The notes: a model not told the origin generated them from the letters alone. Positions 1-11,333 are shown, numbered from the stretch's first letter. The stretch is DNA of 32,000 nt from Trichlorobacter lovleyi SZ (GCF_000020385.1 NC_010814.1:1830001-1862000); one strand, 5' to 3'. Numbers and translations: made by a program.

Positions 1-370
1 AGAGGATAACAAGGTTAACGCTGAGTTTATTGTAAAAATACTGGGTAGAACCGGACACAGGATTACTGCGGTGGAGAATGGTCAGCAGGCGCTGGAGCTG
101 TTACAGCACCAGCGATTTGATTGTGTCCTGATGGATATACAGATGCCGGTGTTGGGAGGCGACGCTGCTACCCAAATCATCCGGGAACAGGAGCTTGGTA
201 CAGGGGAGCATATCCCGATCATCGCACTCACCGCCCATGCCATGACCGATGAACGGATACGGTTACTGAGTCAGGGGTTTGATGCCCATGTATCCAAGCC
301 GGTGGATATCAGTTTTCTCGTTTCCGAGCTGGAACGTGTGACATCTGCTCAACTCAACCAGCCACGATAG
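1..370 (+). CDS. 3' end of a gene truncated by the window edge: C-terminal receiver (REC) domain of a hybrid sensor kinase or response regulator
   Basis: Frame 2 is open from nt 2 (EDNKVNAEFIVKILGRTGHRITAVENGQQALELL...), so the listed 71..370 ORF only starts at an internal GTG. REC motifs are present: [28 protein letters not shown]. It is a close paralogue of the REC at the end of the 3745..6390 kinase. Confidence 0.75.
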   Translation, partial: EDNKVNAEFIVKILGRTGHRITAVENGQQALELLQHQRFDCVLMDIQMPVLGGDAATQIIREQELGTGEHIPIIALTAHAMTDERIRLLSQGFDAHVSKPVDISFLVSELERVTSAQLNQPR

Positions 371-399
371 TCAGCACTGACCCCCTGTCTTTGGGTAAA

Positions 400-1098
400 T
401 CAGCTTGCCGCAGCAGTTCCAAGCAGTTTTTCATACATGGCCAGCAGTGTTTCATTACTGAGGGCAACAACCATTGGATGTGGGACGCCTTTGTGTTCTG
501 CTCCGTTTTTGACGATCATCTCATACAGCTCCCCGATGTACATTGAATAGGCCTTGCGGTAATAGTCCCACCAGACCGGTAGTCCGTCCGGTGACTGGTC
601 AAAGAGCTGGCTCAGAAGGTGGTGCAGTACCCGCAGTTTCATTTCAGCCCAGGCACTTTCATGCAGTGCCTTTTCATAGCACCAGGTGTAATCCGGGTAG
701 GCCTCTGACTGCTGCATCAGCTGGGTGGCCGGCAGCAACCGCTCGTCTTCCAGGGAAGAGGCGATCCCGCGGTTTATTGATCCGCAAATGAGTTCACAGT
801 CGTCAGCAAATTTGCCGCTTAGCAACAGCTGGTTTACCACCGCCACCTGAATGGTGGTTGCTATAAGCCCCCGGAACGTCCCGTTGAGGTTAGCACTTTG
901 CACGACGGCAATGAGGTCCAGGTGGAGGCGTTCTTCCAAGGACTCTCGTAAAGCTGGATTCTGCTGAAATACGCTGATTTCAAAGTGTTCATGTGCCAGC
1001 GTCTCACTGCCAATCAGCATATCCAGGCACTCCTTGATGCTGTTGGTGATCTTTTCCTTTGTCTGGGTATTGATGGACAAATCAGTTTCCGGTTTCAC
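400..1098 (-). CDS. hypothetical protein (232 aa, predicted helical, no motif recognised)
   Basis: Long ORF with a GTG start preceded by AGGAGGA (plus-strand tcctcct at 1104-1110), 4-5 nt upstream. No TM segment or catalytic motif recognised by eye. Confidence 0.6.
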   Translation of the reverse strand: MKPETDLSINTQTKEKITNSIKECLDMLIGSETLAHEHFEISVFQQNPALRESLEERLHLDLIAVVQSANLNGTFRGLIATTIQVAVVNQLLLSGKFADDCELICGSINRGIASSLEDERLLPATQLMQQSEAYPDYTWCYEKALHESAWAEMKLRVLHHLLSQLFDQSPDGLPVWWDYYRKAYSMYIGELYEMIVKNGAEHKGVPHPMVVALSNETLLAMYEKLLGTAAAS

Positions 1099-1226
1099 TC
1101 GATCCTCCTGATGGTGTAGTGATAGTTGGTGTGGGGAGATAACCGCTTTTCAGGACAAGCGCCATGGGGCCGGGTCTTTGGTTTATGGTCCGTACCGGCT
1201 TTTTCTTGAATTGAAGCTATCGTTTC

Positions 1227-2222
1227 TCAACCTGATAATGACTGCCAGGGGTACAGGCCATGCACACGGCCATGCAGGCGGGCAATTCCAAGCAGGATGT
1301 CGATATTCGTGGTTGACTCACCTGTTTTCTGTCCGATTTCGCGCACAGCGCTGACAAGCGCATCAAGCTCTATGGCTCTCCCAGCAGCGGCATCCTGGAG
1401 CATGGAGGTCTTGAATGCTCCCAGTTTGCGGGTGACAGCATTCCTCTCCTCGCCGCTCTGGCTAACCGGGCAGCCGATTTTAGCGCCGATGCGCGACGCC
1501 TCTGCCATGACGTCCAGACAGAAGCGGTTGACCAGCGGATCATCGAGAATTTGGTCGCAGGTGGCCCCCGTGATGGCAGAGACCGGATTCATCGTCATGT
1601 TTCCCCAGAGTTTGAACCAGATGTCGCTCTGGATATTTCTGGAGACCTCTACTTCAAGTGTTGCCGAGCCAAGCAGCTGCTCCAGCTTGCGTAGTCTCTC
1701 GGAATCGCTGCCGTTGGGCTCCCCGATAATCAGCCTTTTGCCGAAGACATGGCGTATAAAGCCCGGCTCCAGCAGGGAGAAACTGCCATGTACGACACAG
1801 CCCAGCACGTGTGCAGCAGGAATCCTGGCGGCAATTAAACCGTCCGGGTCCACTGATGCAAGTCTTGTCCCGGCATAGGTGCCCCCGAATCCGTCAAAAA
1901 ACCACCAGGGGATACCATTCATTGCAGTCAAAACCGTCGTGTCCGGGCCGATTAACGGGGCGATTCCCTGGGCAACCTGTCCCAGGGCAGTGGCCTTGAC
2001 AGCGATAATGATCAGATCCTGTACCCCCAGATCTGCGGGGCTGTCGGTGGCATACACTTTTTCCGTGAGCATCAGGTCATTGCTTTGCATCCTCAGGCCG
2101 TTACTCTGCAGGGCCTTCAGTGTGGCCTGGCGTGCCACGACATGTATGCTATGTCCTGCGTGGGCAAGGAGTGCCCCAATGAATCCACCGACCGCCCCAG
2201 CGCCATAGATGCAAATTTTCAT
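1227..2222 (-). CDS. panE: 2-dehydropantoate 2-reductase (ketopantoate reductase, ApbA/PanE family)
   Basis: N-terminal Rossmann motif MKICIYGAGAVGGFIGALLAHAGH, ~330 aa length and C-terminal helical domain typical of the ApbA/PanE family. The ATG at 2222 is preferred over the upstream GTG at 2231. Confidence 0.7.
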   Translation of the reverse strand: MKICIYGAGAVGGFIGALLAHAGHSIHVVARQATLKALQSNGLRMQSNDLMLTEKVYATDSPADLGVQDLIIIAVKATALGQVAQGIAPLIGPDTTVLTAMNGIPWWFFDGFGGTYAGTRLASVDPDGLIAARIPAAHVLGCVVHGSFSLLEPGFIRHVFGKRLIIGEPNGSDSERLRKLEQLLGSATLEVEVSRNIQSDIWFKLWGNMTMNPVSAITGATCDQILDDPLVNRFCLDVMAEASRIGAKIGCPVSQSGEERNAVTRKLGAFKTSMLQDAAAGRAIELDALVSAVREIGQKTGESTTNIDILLGIARLHGRVHGLYPWQSLSG

Positions 2223-2486
2223 GGTGACCACACCTGTCTGTCCAAAATTGTTTGATGAAACGTGAATCAGGCTCCGGGAAATTGTTGCTGCAACCTGGTC
2301 AAATCAGTACCTTACTACTCGGGTATGCAGATACTATGCCACGGAGTTGTGATGGGTTGGGCGGTGAAAACTGTTGTTTGATCAGTTGGTTATCCTGATA
2401 CTGTGCCGTCGTGCGAATAGTAGGTTCCTGTTTTGAGAATTTCAGCAGTACGCCGGCAGAGACGGATGCGGCACACTCAGCATCTA

Positions 2487-3476
2487 TTACCGACAAGCCG
2501 TACCCGTCATGACCCCGGCTCCATTGGGCAGATCAAGTGACAACCTGTTGACCTCGCAAAGCCCTGCAGTGTTCATGAGTGCAAAAAGCTCTTGCTGCGT
2601 ATAGGATTGACCCGCCCGGGTGCCGAGCAACATGTTCAACGAGAAGAGTGCCGGAAACAGTGGCGCTGTCTTGGTGTTATCAAGGATGAACTCCTGAATC
2701 AGTAACCGCCCGCCATCGGCTAACGACTCTGCTGCTTTGGCGACAACGGTTGCACTGTCAGCAGGAGACTCGCTATGCAGGAGATGGGAGATCCAGACCA
2801 GGTCATAGCCCGTACCAAACCGGTCGCTCAGTACATCTCCTGCCTGAAAGGTGATGCGTTCGGACAGGCCAAAATGCCGTATGGTCTGCTCAGCAAAAGG
2901 GCGGGTTGTCGGGAGGTCATAGACAACGGCGGTCAGATCCGGATTGTGCAGGCAGAAGTGAATGGCATAGGTGCCGGGTCCACCTGCCAGATCAAGCATT
3001 CTGCGATGGCCGCTCAATTCAAGGGCCGATGCAATGCGTGGTGCATTAAGTGAGGCCAGGTTGAACATTCCCATCAAAAAGCTTTCCCGTTCCCTTTCCA
3101 GAGCCTCGTGGGACAGACGCTGCCGAACCGGTTCACCGCGGAGCACTGCTTCATCAAGCCGGCTCCAGCCTTCCACCAGATGATGGTGGTGCATAATGAT
3201 ATGGCCCATATAGCTGTCTGATTTTTTTGAGAGGTAGGTTGCGCTGAAAGCCGTTGATCGGAACGTGTTCTCTTCTTTATGCAGCAGTTCCAGTGCCGTA
3301 AGCGCATGCAGCAGCATCCCCAGGCCACGTTCATCAGCTGATAGCTGCCGTGCCAGTTCAGGTGTGGTCATTGCTGAGTCTGTCAGACAGGTGAAAATAT
3401 CCAGTTTAACCCCGGCATGCAGGGTGCAAGTGCTCCAGTAGCCTCCTGAAAGTTGTAGCAGATCCGGCAGGTTCAT
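2487..3476 (-). CDS. class I SAM-dependent O-methyltransferase (family 2, with N-terminal dimerisation/winged-helix domain)
   Basis: SAM-binding motif LDLAGGPGTYAI, then DLVWISHLLHS and GGRLLIQEF, typical of COMT/CrtF-like O-methyltransferases. Start placed at MNLPDLLQ (ATG 3476) with GGAAAGGA 6 nt upstream. Confidence 0.7.
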   Translation of the reverse strand: MNLPDLLQLSGGYWSTCTLHAGVKLDIFTCLTDSAMTTPELARQLSADERGLGMLLHALTALELLHKEENTFRSTAFSATYLSKKSDSYMGHIIMHHHHLVEGWSRLDEAVLRGEPVRQRLSHEALERERESFLMGMFNLASLNAPRIASALELSGHRRMLDLAGGPGTYAIHFCLHNPDLTAVVYDLPTTRPFAEQTIRHFGLSERITFQAGDVLSDRFGTGYDLVWISHLLHSESPADSATVVAKAAESLADGGRLLIQEFILDNTKTAPLFPALFSLNMLLGTRAGQSYTQQELFALMNTAGLCEVNRLSLDLPNGAGVMTGTACR

Positions 3477-3744
3477 AGATTGTCCTTTCCTGCTCTCCTT
3501 CGTGTTCTGATCCGGTCTGAGCATATGCAGGCCTCGGTTCAGCCTGTGCATGGTGGCGCCTTGTTCAACGTTGCCTGTTGATCAACCCGCGCTGCTGCGG
3601 GAACCAGCTAAAATCAGCTTGATTATAGTTCAATTGGATGCATAAATAGCAACTACATTTGAATTGCAGCACCGGGGGATAGACGGTCAGAATCTCCGCA
3701 AGGTCTGCAGCAGGTGTTCTACGCAGGAGTATGGAGCATTTTTG

Positions 3745-6390
3745 ATGAAACAGCTTTCAGCACTGTCAATACGGGCTCAACTGGTTTTGATCACACTGAT
3801 CATTGCCCTGCCTGCCATTGTCATTATCATTTATCTAGGTGTTAATCAGCGCAGGAGCGCTGTTGATGATGCCTATCAGCTTACCCGTCTGATTGCCGAA
3901 CGGATCACTTCAGAACAAAAGAATATGGCTGCAGCTGCTGAGCAGTTGCTGGTGACGCTTGCGCAGATGCCGGAGATCAGGCAGCAGAATCAGGCCAAGG
4001 TCCAACAGCTGTTGCGTTCGCTCAACGAGCTGAACCCTCAGTATGCCAATATTCTGGTAACCGACCGGACCGGCAAGACCTGGGCTGCGGTCTTTATGCC
4101 GCCTCCGCCTGCCATGCTTGATGACCGGCGCTATTTCAAGAATGCCATCGCCAGCGGGCGTCTTTCGTCCGGCGAATATGTTGTCAGTAAAAGTATGACC
4201 AACAAGCCGGTCTTTCACTTTGCCTATCCGTACCGTGATGCCGCAGGCAAGATTGGTGGTGTCATCGTGGTTGCTTTCAGGCTGGACACCTATTCAACGG
4301 TTCTGAGAAACAGCCCGCTGCCAGCAGGCACCAACTTCCTGTTGCTTGACCACGCCGGTGTGATCATGCACCGTGCCCTGGAACCGGAAAAGATAATCGG
4401 CAAGAAATATCCGGAAGTCTCCTTCAAAGAGATGCTGGCAGGGCCTGACGAATACTCCTACCGGGGGCCGGCCTCATTCGGGGACGAACGTTTTATCAGT
4501 TACCGTAAAATACGTCTGCAGGGTGAAGCCGACCCGTACATGTATGTGCGGGTCGGTGTTCCGGTTAAAACCACCCTTGCCGCAGCTGATCAGACCATGC
4601 TGAAAAGCATCGCTTTTTTCGGAACATTCCTGTGCGGCGCATTTCTGCTGGCATATCTGATTGGCAAGCGTTCGATTGCTGACCGGATTATCCTGCTGGA
4701 ACAGGCCTCTCAACGCCTTGCCAGTGGTGAGATGCAGACTCAGGTGGCCAGCGCTGTTTCGGGTGGCGAGATTGGGCGCCTGGCGGAAAGCTTTGATACC
4801 ATGGCCCGGCAGCTTACTGAGCGGGAGCAGGTAATTCGCGAGAGTGAGGTCCGTTTACGAAGCATCACGGATTCTGCCCAGGATGCCATCTTGATGATGG
4901 ATGACCAAGGGGCGATTACCTTCTGGAATCCGGCAGCTGAGACGATCCTTGGCTATAAGGCTGAGGAAGCGCTGGGAAAAGACCTACACCTTCTGTTGGC
5001 TCCCTTGCGCTACCAGCAGGCGTTTCAAAAGGCTTTTTCGGTTTTTGTGCAGACCGGGCGTGGCCATGCCGTTGGCAAGACCGTTGAGCTGGCTGCAAAG
5101 CGTAAAGATGGCCAGGAGATTGTTGTCTCCCTCTCTTTGTCGGCGGTTTTTCTCAATGGCCGCTGGTATGCTGTCGGGCTATTAAGAGACATTACTGAAA
5201 GCAAACATTATCAGGAGGAACTGCTGGAGGCCCGGCATTCTGCTGAAGCCGCCAATCGGGCCAAGAGTGAGTTCCTGGCCAACATGAGCCATGAGATCCG
5301 CACACCGATGAACGGTGTTGTCGGTATGGCTCAGCTTCTACGGTATACCCAACCCACCAGAGAGCAGGAGGAGTATCTGGACAACCTCGAACTTTCCTGC
5401 AAAAATCTGCTCGAACTGATCAACGATATTCTGGATCTTTCCAGAATAGAGTCAGGCAAACTTGAGCTTGAAGCTGCTGTTTTCTCTTTGCGGAGTTGCA
5501 TTCAGGAGGTCGTCAGCAACCAGGCCTCGCGCATTGAACAAAAAGGACTTCAGCTGCTGACCTCGTTGGATGAGCAGGTACCTGAACAGGTGGTCGGGGA
5601 CTCCTTGCGATTCAAGCAGATTCTGCTTAATCTGCTGGGCAATGCCATCAAGTTTACGGAAGCGGGCAGCATAACGGTCTCCGGCCAGATCTCTTCCCGG
5701 CAGGAAACCGGCTGTACCTTCAGGCTGATGGTGAGTGATACCGGGATCGGTATGACAGAAGAAACATTGCAGCGAATATTCAACTCATTTGAACAGGCTG
5801 ACAGTTCAACCACCCGGGTCTATGGCGGCAGCGGTCTTGGTCTTGCTATCTGCCGTCGGCTGACGGAACTGATGGGAGGGCGTATCTGGGCTGAATCAAC
5901 CTTCGGAAAGGGGTCAGCGTTCTTTGTTGAGTTGCCGTTTGCGCTGCCGCCCGCAGAGGGAAACGGGGGGGATCAGGCTGTACCGTCTGCAGAGCCGGTT
6001 CAGACGGTGATGAACAGGAGGCTGAAGATACTGGTTGCTGAAGACAACAAACTGAATGCCGATACGATTGTTGCCATGCTGAAGCAGATGGGACATGAGT
6101 CTCTGGCAGTGTCAAATGGCCGTGAGGCCTTGGAAAAATGGCATGCATCCGCCTTTAACTGCATTCTGATGGATATCCAGATGCCGGTGATGGACGGTAA
6201 CCTGTCTGCTGCAACAATTCGCAAGCAGGAACAAAAGATGGGGGGCCATACGCCGATCATTGCCATGACTGCCCATGCCCTGCATGGTGATCGGGAACGT
6301 TTTCTGGCTGAAGGTTTTGACGGCTACGTCTCAAAACCGGTGGAGATGCAGGCTCTGGCTGCAGAGCTGCGGAGAGTCAGCGCAGCATGA
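3745..6390 (+). CDS. hybrid sensor histidine kinase: TM - double-Cache-like periplasmic domain - TM - HAMP - PAS - HisKA - HATPase_c - REC
   Basis: Two hydrophobic segments ([21 protein letters not shown] and [19 protein letters not shown]) flank a ~270-aa extracytoplasmic region. H-box [14 protein letters not shown] boxes ([24 protein letters not shown]) and C-terminal REC ([12 protein letters not shown] ... SKPV). The ATG at 3745 has GGAG upstream. Confidence 0.88.
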   Translation: MKQLSALSIRAQLVLITLIIALPAIVIIIYLGVNQRRSAVDDAYQLTRLIAERITSEQKNMAAAAEQLLVTLAQMPEIRQQNQAKVQQLLRSLNELNPQYANILVTDRTGKTWAAVFMPPPPAMLDDRRYFKNAIASGRLSSGEYVVSKSMTNKPVFHFAYPYRDAAGKIGGVIVVAFRLDTYSTVLRNSPLPAGTNFLLLDHAGVIMHRALEPEKIIGKKYPEVSFKEMLAGPDEYSYRGPASFGDERFISYRKIRLQGEADPYMYVRVGVPVKTTLAAADQTMLKSIAFFGTFLCGAFLLAYLIGKRSIADRIILLEQASQRLASGEMQTQVASAVSGGEIGRLAESFDTMARQLTEREQVIRESEVRLRSITDSAQDAILMMDDQGAITFWNPAAETILGYKAEEALGKDLHLLLAPLRYQQAFQKAFSVFVQTGRGHAVGKTVELAAKRKDGQEIVVSLSLSAVFLNGRWYAVGLLRDITESKHYQEELLEARHSAEAANRAKSEFLANMSHEIRTPMNGVVGMAQLLRYTQPTREQEEYLDNLELSCKNLLELINDILDLSRIESGKLELEAAVFSLRSCIQEVVSNQASRIEQKGLQLLTSLDEQVPEQVVGDSLRFKQILLNLLGNAIKFTEAGSITVSGQISSRQETGCTFRLMVSDTGIGMTEETLQRIFNSFEQADSSTTRVYGGSGLGLAICRRLTELMGGRIWAESTFGKGSAFFVELPFALPPAEGNGGDQAVPSAEPVQTVMNRRLKILVAEDNKLNADTIVAMLKQMGHESLAVSNGREALEKWHASAFNCILMDIQMPVMDGNLSAATIRKQEQKMGGHTPIIAMTAHALHGDRERFLAEGFDGYVSKPVEMQALAAELRRVSAA

Positions 6391-6405
6391 AATTCTGAAC
6401 TGGGC

Positions 6406-6448
6406 AAGACAAAAGGGACAGGCCGTCACAGCCTGTCCCTTTTGTCTT
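6406..6448. terminator. bidirectional intrinsic terminator hairpin between convergent genes
   Basis: Perfect 18-bp inverted repeat AAGACAAAAGGGACAGGC (6406-6423) / GCCTGTCCCTTTTGTCTT (6431-6448) with a 7-nt loop. The arms contain A4/T4 runs. It lies exactly between the kinase stop (6390) and the pyrG stop (6460). Confidence 0.7.
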
Positions 6449-6459
6449 ATGTCCTGTCT

Positions 6460-8067
6460 CTAACGCTGGTTGCGGTGTGTCAGCGACGCCCCGATGAATG
6501 CCCGGAAGAGCGGGTGGGGTACCAGCGGTTTCGATTTGAACTCCGGATGGAACTGACAGGCCAGGAACCAGGGATGATCAGGCAGTTCGATGATCTCGAC
6601 CAGGTCTTTCTGCTGGTTGATGCCTGACAGCACCAGACCTTTGGTGGTCATCAGCTCACGGTAGGTGTTGTTAAACTCATAACGGTGCCGGTGCCGTTCG
6701 GAGATGTCAGCCTCATTATAGGCGTCAAAGGCCTTGGTACCTTTGGTCACCGTACAGGGACAGGCGCCCAGACGCATTGTGCCGCCTTTCTTGTTTACTG
6801 ACTTCTGTTCTTCCATCAGGTGAATCACCGGTTCCTTGCAATCATTCTTGAACTCGGTTGAACAGGCCTTCGCAAGGCCGCAGACGTTTCGTGCAAATTC
6901 AATTGCAGCCATCTGCATCCCCAGGCAGATGCCAAAGAACGGGATCTGTCTGGTACGGGCATACTCAATGGCCAACACTTTTCCTTCAGTGCCGCGCTCA
7001 CCAAAGCCACCCGGCACCAAGACGCCATCCACATCATCCAGCCAGCCTTCAACACCGTTTTCCTCGATCTTTTCTGCATCGACATACTTGAGGTAGACAC
7101 GGCAGTCGTTGGCAATACCGCCGTGGGTCAGCGCCTCGGCCAGGGACTTGTAGGATTCGGTCAGGTTGACATACTTGCCTACAATGGCGATCCGTACTTC
7201 GCCGTGGCTGGGGTGACGCAAGGTTTCCACCACATCCTGCCAGGGGGTCAGATCCGGCTGCTTGGTCCAGATGTTCAGCTTTTCAACCACCTGTTCGTCC
7301 AGCCGCTCCTTGTTCAAGGCCAGTGGCACGGCATAGATATGCTCCGAGTCAACGGAAGGGATCACGCAGCTCTCTTCTACGTTGCAGAACAGGGAGATCT
7401 TCTTCTTCATATCCTGGGGCAGTTCGCGGTCGCAACGGCAGAGCAGGATGTCGGGCTGGATACCGATCTTGCGCAGCTCCATGACTGAGTGCTGGGTCGG
7501 CTTGGTCTTCATCTCGCCGGCAGTACGGATGTAGGGTACCAGGGTGACATGAACATAGAGGGTGTTACCGGCCCCGCGGTCAAAGCGGAACTGGCGGATC
7601 GCCTCAAGGAACGGGAGTGACTCGATGTCGCCGACAGTGCCGCCTACTTCAACGATGGCCACATCGGCCCCTTTGGCATTTTCAATAATCTTGCTTTTGA
7701 TCTCGTCGGTGATGTGGGGAATGACCTGCACGGTACCGCCCAGATAGTCACCACGGCGTTCCTTGTCAATGACCGAAAAATAGACCTGTCCGGTGGTAAA
7801 GTTACTCTTCTTGGAAAGCCGGGCCGAGGTGTAGCGCTCGTAATGTCCCAGGTCCAGGTCGGTCTCGGCGCCGTCATCGGTTACAAACACCTCGCCATGC
7901 TGAAAGGGGGACATGGTACCGGGATCAACGTTAATGTAAGGGTCCAGCTTCTGCATGGTAACCCGCAGGCCCCGGGATTCAAGCAAAGCCCCGAGAGAAG
8001 CGGCTGCCAGACCTTTGCCGATGGATGACACGACACCACCGGTGATAAAGATAAACTTGGTTTTCAT
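6460..8067 (-). CDS. pyrG: CTP synthase (glutamine hydrolysing)
   Basis: [27 protein letters not shown]-terminus, glutamine amidotransferase motif [10 protein letters not shown] and C-terminal QFHPEFKS. Start at ATG 8067 with AGGAG ~10 nt upstream; the ORF-track start at 8103 adds 12 non-conserved residues. Confidence 0.95.
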   Translation of the reverse strand: MKTKFIFITGGVVSSIGKGLAAASLGALLESRGLRVTMQKLDPYINVDPGTMSPFQHGEVFVTDDGAETDLDLGHYERYTSARLSKKSNFTTGQVYFSVIDKERRGDYLGGTVQVIPHITDEIKSKIIENAKGADVAIVEVGGTVGDIESLPFLEAIRQFRFDRGAGNTLYVHVTLVPYIRTAGEMKTKPTQHSVMELRKIGIQPDILLCRCDRELPQDMKKKISLFCNVEESCVIPSVDSEHIYAVPLALNKERLDEQVVEKLNIWTKQPDLTPWQDVVETLRHPSHGEVRIAIVGKYVNLTESYKSLAEALTHGGIANDCRVYLKYVDAEKIEENGVEGWLDDVDGVLVPGGFGERGTEGKVLAIEYARTRQIPFFGICLGMQMAAIEFARNVCGLAKACSTEFKNDCKEPVIHLMEEQKSVNKKGGTMRLGACPCTVTKGTKAFDAYNEADISERHRHRYEFNNTYRELMTTKGLVLSGINQQKDLVEIIELPDHPWFLACQFHPEFKSKPLVPHPLFRAFIGASLTHRNQR

Positions 8068-8105
8068 GGAAAGAGACTCCTGATCTTTTGCTCGTGCAGT
8101 CATGG

Positions 8106-8864
8106 TTATCCTTGCTTCATACGTTCTTTAGCCTTGTTCAGGTCGTCAGGTGTATCAACGCCCAAGGATTCAAATTCTGTTTCTACCACCCTGATCCTGA
8201 TCCCGTTTTCCAAAGCCCGCAGCTGCTCAAGTTTTTCTGAAAGTTCAAGAAATGTCTGGGGCATTGCAGCATATTCAAGCAGGAAGTTTCGTTGATAGAC
8301 GTACAATCCCACATGTTTGAAGCAGAGCAGGCGTCCCGAGGCAAAGGCCTCATCCTTCAAGTCCTGCCACTTGTCCCGAAAGAAGGGCAGGGGAGAACGG
8401 GAAAAGTAGAGGGCATAACCGTTATTGTCAGTCACGACCTTGACCACATTGGGGGAGAGAAAATCGTGCAGGCATTTGACGCGGCTCTTGAGGGTGCCCA
8501 TCTTGAGCCCGGGGTTTCCCAGAAACGGCTCGATGGCCTGGTTGATCATGGCCGGATCAATCAACGGCTCATCACCCTGTACGTTGACAATAATATCAGC
8601 ATCCAGTCCCCGAGCCACTTCAGCCAGCCGGTCAGTGCCGGTTTCGTGGTCAGTCGAGGTCATGATCGCCTCACCGCCGATCTGATGGATGACATCGGCA
8701 ATCCGTCGGTCATCGGTGGCAACAATGGCCCGTGAAACCAGCGAGGCCCTGATGGTCTGCTCGTAGACATGCTGAATCATCGGCTTTCCGGCCAGATCGG
8801 CCAGGGCCTTGCCGGGAAAACGAGTGGAACCGTAACGAGCGGGAATGATGGCAACAATCTGCAT
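8106..8864 (-). CDS. kdsB: 3-deoxy-manno-octulosonate cytidylyltransferase (CMP-KDO synthetase)
   Basis: [30 protein letters not shown] and NVQGDEPLI motifs, ~250 aa. Start taken at [10 protein letters not shown] (8864); 8870 is also possible. Confidence 0.9.
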   Translation of the reverse strand: MQIVAIIPARYGSTRFPGKALADLAGKPMIQHVYEQTIRASLVSRAIVATDDRRIADVIHQIGGEAIMTSTDHETGTDRLAEVARGLDADIIVNVQGDEPLIDPAMINQAIEPFLGNPGLKMGTLKSRVKCLHDFLSPNVVKVVTDNNGYALYFSRSPLPFFRDKWQDLKDEAFASGRLLCFKHVGLYVYQRNFLLEYAAMPQTFLELSEKLEQLRALENGIRIRVVETEFESLGVDTPDDLNKAKERMKQG

Positions 8865-8980
8865 GGTCATACTTCCAGGGGGCAAGGGTCAAGGGGCAGC
8901 GGCAAAAAACGGAAATTGCTGCTGCAGCTCCTAAAAAGCAAGCATGGAAAATACTCTCAAGCAGCAGGACTGTCAAGGTT

Positions 8981-10240
8981 TCAGGAGTTGCGGCGTTGCC
9001 CTTGAACAATACTGTTCCGCCAGTTGAAGGCGTCCAGTTGGGCAGCCAGCAGTTGGTCAAGGCTGATGGACAAGGCATCAAGCAGCTTCTGTACGACAAC
9101 AAAGTCTGCTTTTTCCAACCGCTCCGCCAATAACAACAACATACCGAGTTGCCCATCACGACGCAGCAGGGCATCAGCCATATCTTCGGACAGATTCAGG
9201 CTTTCAACTACATGTTCCATCGGGGTTTCGTAGAGGGCATCCAACAATGACAGGATACCGGTCAAAAAGGCGGTTTCCACAAGGTCGCTGGTACGGCTCT
9301 GACCGGTACGCTGCATCATCAGCAGTTCCATCAAGCGTCCCCGTACGGCAGCCATTTCAAGCAGCGGCGAGTTCAGACCCCGTTCATCCTTGCCGGCAAA
9401 CAGGGCCAGTTGTACCCAGCGCCGCAGATGGTTTATCCCCAGAATCATGATGGCATGACGGATATTCTTGATCTTCTCCCGCAGGCCGATCATGACCGAG
9501 TTAACCAGCTTCAGCAGGTTAAAGGTCAGGCTGGGGTTCTCCCGGAAGGTTTCTTCCACCTCATCAATATCCCAGTTCTCATTTAACTGTTGCAGCAGCT
9601 TCATCATGGCAATCCCGGAGGGATCAATCCGCTTCTGGCCTATAATGACCGGCCGTTCAAAAAAATAGCCCTGGAACAGTTCAAAACCGTACTCCAGGCA
9701 TTGCTCAAATACCTCGACGGTCTCAACCCGTTCTGCCAGCAGTTGAACCGGGTACTTTCGCAGGTTTGCCGCTATGCCGGACAGCTCAGCCGGGTCGGTG
9801 GCCATGATGTCCACCTTGACAATATCCACCATTTTGTAAAAGGCGGAGTGTTCCGGCGCATAGATATGGTCATCCAGGGCAATTTTAAAGCCCATTGACT
9901 TCAACTCACTGCAGCGCAGGCGAACGTTATCGTCAAGTTCGATGGTTTCCAGGATCTCCAGTACCGATTGTTGAATCGGCAACAGCTCCAGCATTTCCGA
10001 ATGCAGCACCCCGGCGGTGATATTCAGGAAGCCGAATTTGTCGCCCAGCACATCCTGGAGACCGAAATCCGACAATGCACTGGATATGACCGAAGCCGAT
10101 GCCTGGGCCTGGCTCTCAAACTGGGCAGTCGTGTGGTGACTGGCCGCCCTGAAGAGCAGTTCATAGCCGAAGATCTCCTGCTTGCGGTTCAGGATCGGCT
10201 GGCGGCCAATAAAAAATTTGAGGTCAGGTTCAATTGCCAT
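8981..10240 (-). CDS. EAL domain - HDOD domain protein (YuxH/COG3434-type c-di-GMP phosphodiesterase or receptor)
   Basis: FIGRQPILNRKQEIFGYELLFR (ELL variant of EAL), FLNI, LEILET, IALDDH, VKVD, LLAERVE and FQGYFF follow the EAL catalytic-residue order. The C-terminal half (LLKLVNSV..., ILGINHLRRWV) matches HDOD. Confidence 0.85.
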   Translation of the reverse strand: MAIEPDLKFFIGRQPILNRKQEIFGYELLFRAASHHTTAQFESQAQASASVISSALSDFGLQDVLGDKFGFLNITAGVLHSEMLELLPIQQSVLEILETIELDDNVRLRCSELKSMGFKIALDDHIYAPEHSAFYKMVDIVKVDIMATDPAELSGIAANLRKYPVQLLAERVETVEVFEQCLEYGFELFQGYFFERPVIIGQKRIDPSGIAMMKLLQQLNENWDIDEVEETFRENPSLTFNLLKLVNSVMIGLREKIKNIRHAIMILGINHLRRWVQLALFAGKDERGLNSPLLEMAAVRGRLMELLMMQRTGQSRTSDLVETAFLTGILSLLDALYETPMEHVVESLNLSEDMADALLRRDGQLGMLLLLAERLEKADFVVVQKLLDALSISLDQLLAAQLDAFNWRNSIVQGQRRNS

Positions 10241-10264
10241 AGCCTGGTACCATGCACCGTGCCG

Positions 10265-11329
10265 TTAAAGACACAATTTCAGGGTCTCTGCCGCTATCCG
10301 GTCCAGCGGCATGATCTTGTCAACACCACCCAGCTTGATCGCTTCATTCGGCATGCCGAATACCACGCAGCTGGCCTCATCCTGGGCAATGGTCCGTGCC
10401 CCGGCATCGTGCAGCTCCTTCATGCCGTGGGCCCCATCGTCACCCATCCCGGTCATGATCACACCAACCGCATTCTTGCCGGCATAGCGTGCTGCCGATC
10501 GAAACAGCACATCCACCGAGGGGCGGTGACGGGAAACCAGCGGTCCTTCTTTGACTTCAACGTAGTAGCGAGCCCCACTGCGTTTCAGCAGGGTGTGCCT
10601 GTTGCCCGGTGCAATCAGGACATGGCCCCGCACCACTGAGTCGTTGTTTTCGGCCTCTTTGACGGTTACCCGGCAGATACTGTCCAACCGTTTGGCAAAG
10701 GCTGCCGTAAAGTTCTCCGGCATATGCTGGACAATCACGATGCCCGGAGTGTCTTCCGGCAGCATCTGCAGGAAGGCTGAAAGCGCCTCGGTTCCGCCGG
10801 TTGATGCTCCCACCACCACTACCTTTTCGGTGGTCATTATCATGGCCTTGGTATTAGGGGCCTCCATGATGACGTCGGCGGTATATTTGGGGCTGACTTC
10901 ACGTATGGCGCGGATCGGCTTGAGTCTGGCTGCCGCCGCCGCCCTGATGCTGTCACAGATCCGGATACGGGACTCCTCGATAAACTGTTTGGTGCCCATC
11001 TTTGGTTTGGTGATGATATCCACGGCCCCGTATTCAAGTGCCTTCAAAGCGGTTTCGCTGCCGCTTTCCGCCAGACTGGAACACATTACCACCGGAATCG
11101 GGTGTTGGGACATCAGTTTCTGTAAAAAGGTGATGCCATCCATGCGGGGCATCTCCACATCAAGGGTGATCACATCAGGTACCTGTTCAGCAATCTTCTG
11201 CACCGCCACGATCGGATCCTGTGCCATGCCGATCACCTCTATCCCCGGATCGCTGGAGAGGATGTCGGACAAGGTCTGGCGAACCAGGGCAGAATCGTCA
11301 ACTATCAGGACTTTTATCTTGTTTGACAT
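10265..11329 (-). CDS. cheB: chemotaxis response regulator protein-glutamate methylesterase/glutaminase
   Basis: N-terminal REC ([13 protein letters not shown] ... [14 protein letters not shown]), linker, then methylesterase domain ([28 protein letters not shown]). Confidence 0.95.
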   Translation of the reverse strand: MSNKIKVLIVDDSALVRQTLSDILSSDPGIEVIGMAQDPIVAVQKIAEQVPDVITLDVEMPRMDGITFLQKLMSQHPIPVVMCSSLAESGSETALKALEYGAVDIITKPKMGTKQFIEESRIRICDSIRAAAAARLKPIRAIREVSPKYTADVIMEAPNTKAMIMTTEKVVVVGASTGGTEALSAFLQMLPEDTPGIVIVQHMPENFTAAFAKRLDSICRVTVKEAENNDSVVRGHVLIAPGNRHTLLKRSGARYYVEVKEGPLVSRHRPSVDVLFRSAARYAGKNAVGVIMTGMGDDGAHGMKELHDAGARTIAQDEASCVVFGMPNEAIKLGGVDKIMPLDRIAAETLKLCL

Positions 11330-11333
11330 ACTT

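Noticed and set aside
2223-2486. 264-nt gap between the methyltransferase and panE-like genes, including a 65-aa ORF (2299..2496). Examined for a small gene, riboswitch or terminator.
   Set aside because: The ORF has no RBS, overlaps the methyltransferase stop and has an unremarkable translation. I could not find a stable hairpin with a U-tract or any riboswitch core I recognise. Left unannotated.
8896-8925. Hairpin GCAGCGGCAA-N10-TTGCTGCTGC between the EAL-HDOD stop and the kdsB start, considered as the operon terminator.
   Set aside because: It has a 9/10 stem but no U-tract after it on the minus-strand transcript. This is insufficient to call an intrinsic terminator. Whether kdsB-pyrG are co-transcribed with the Che genes stays open.
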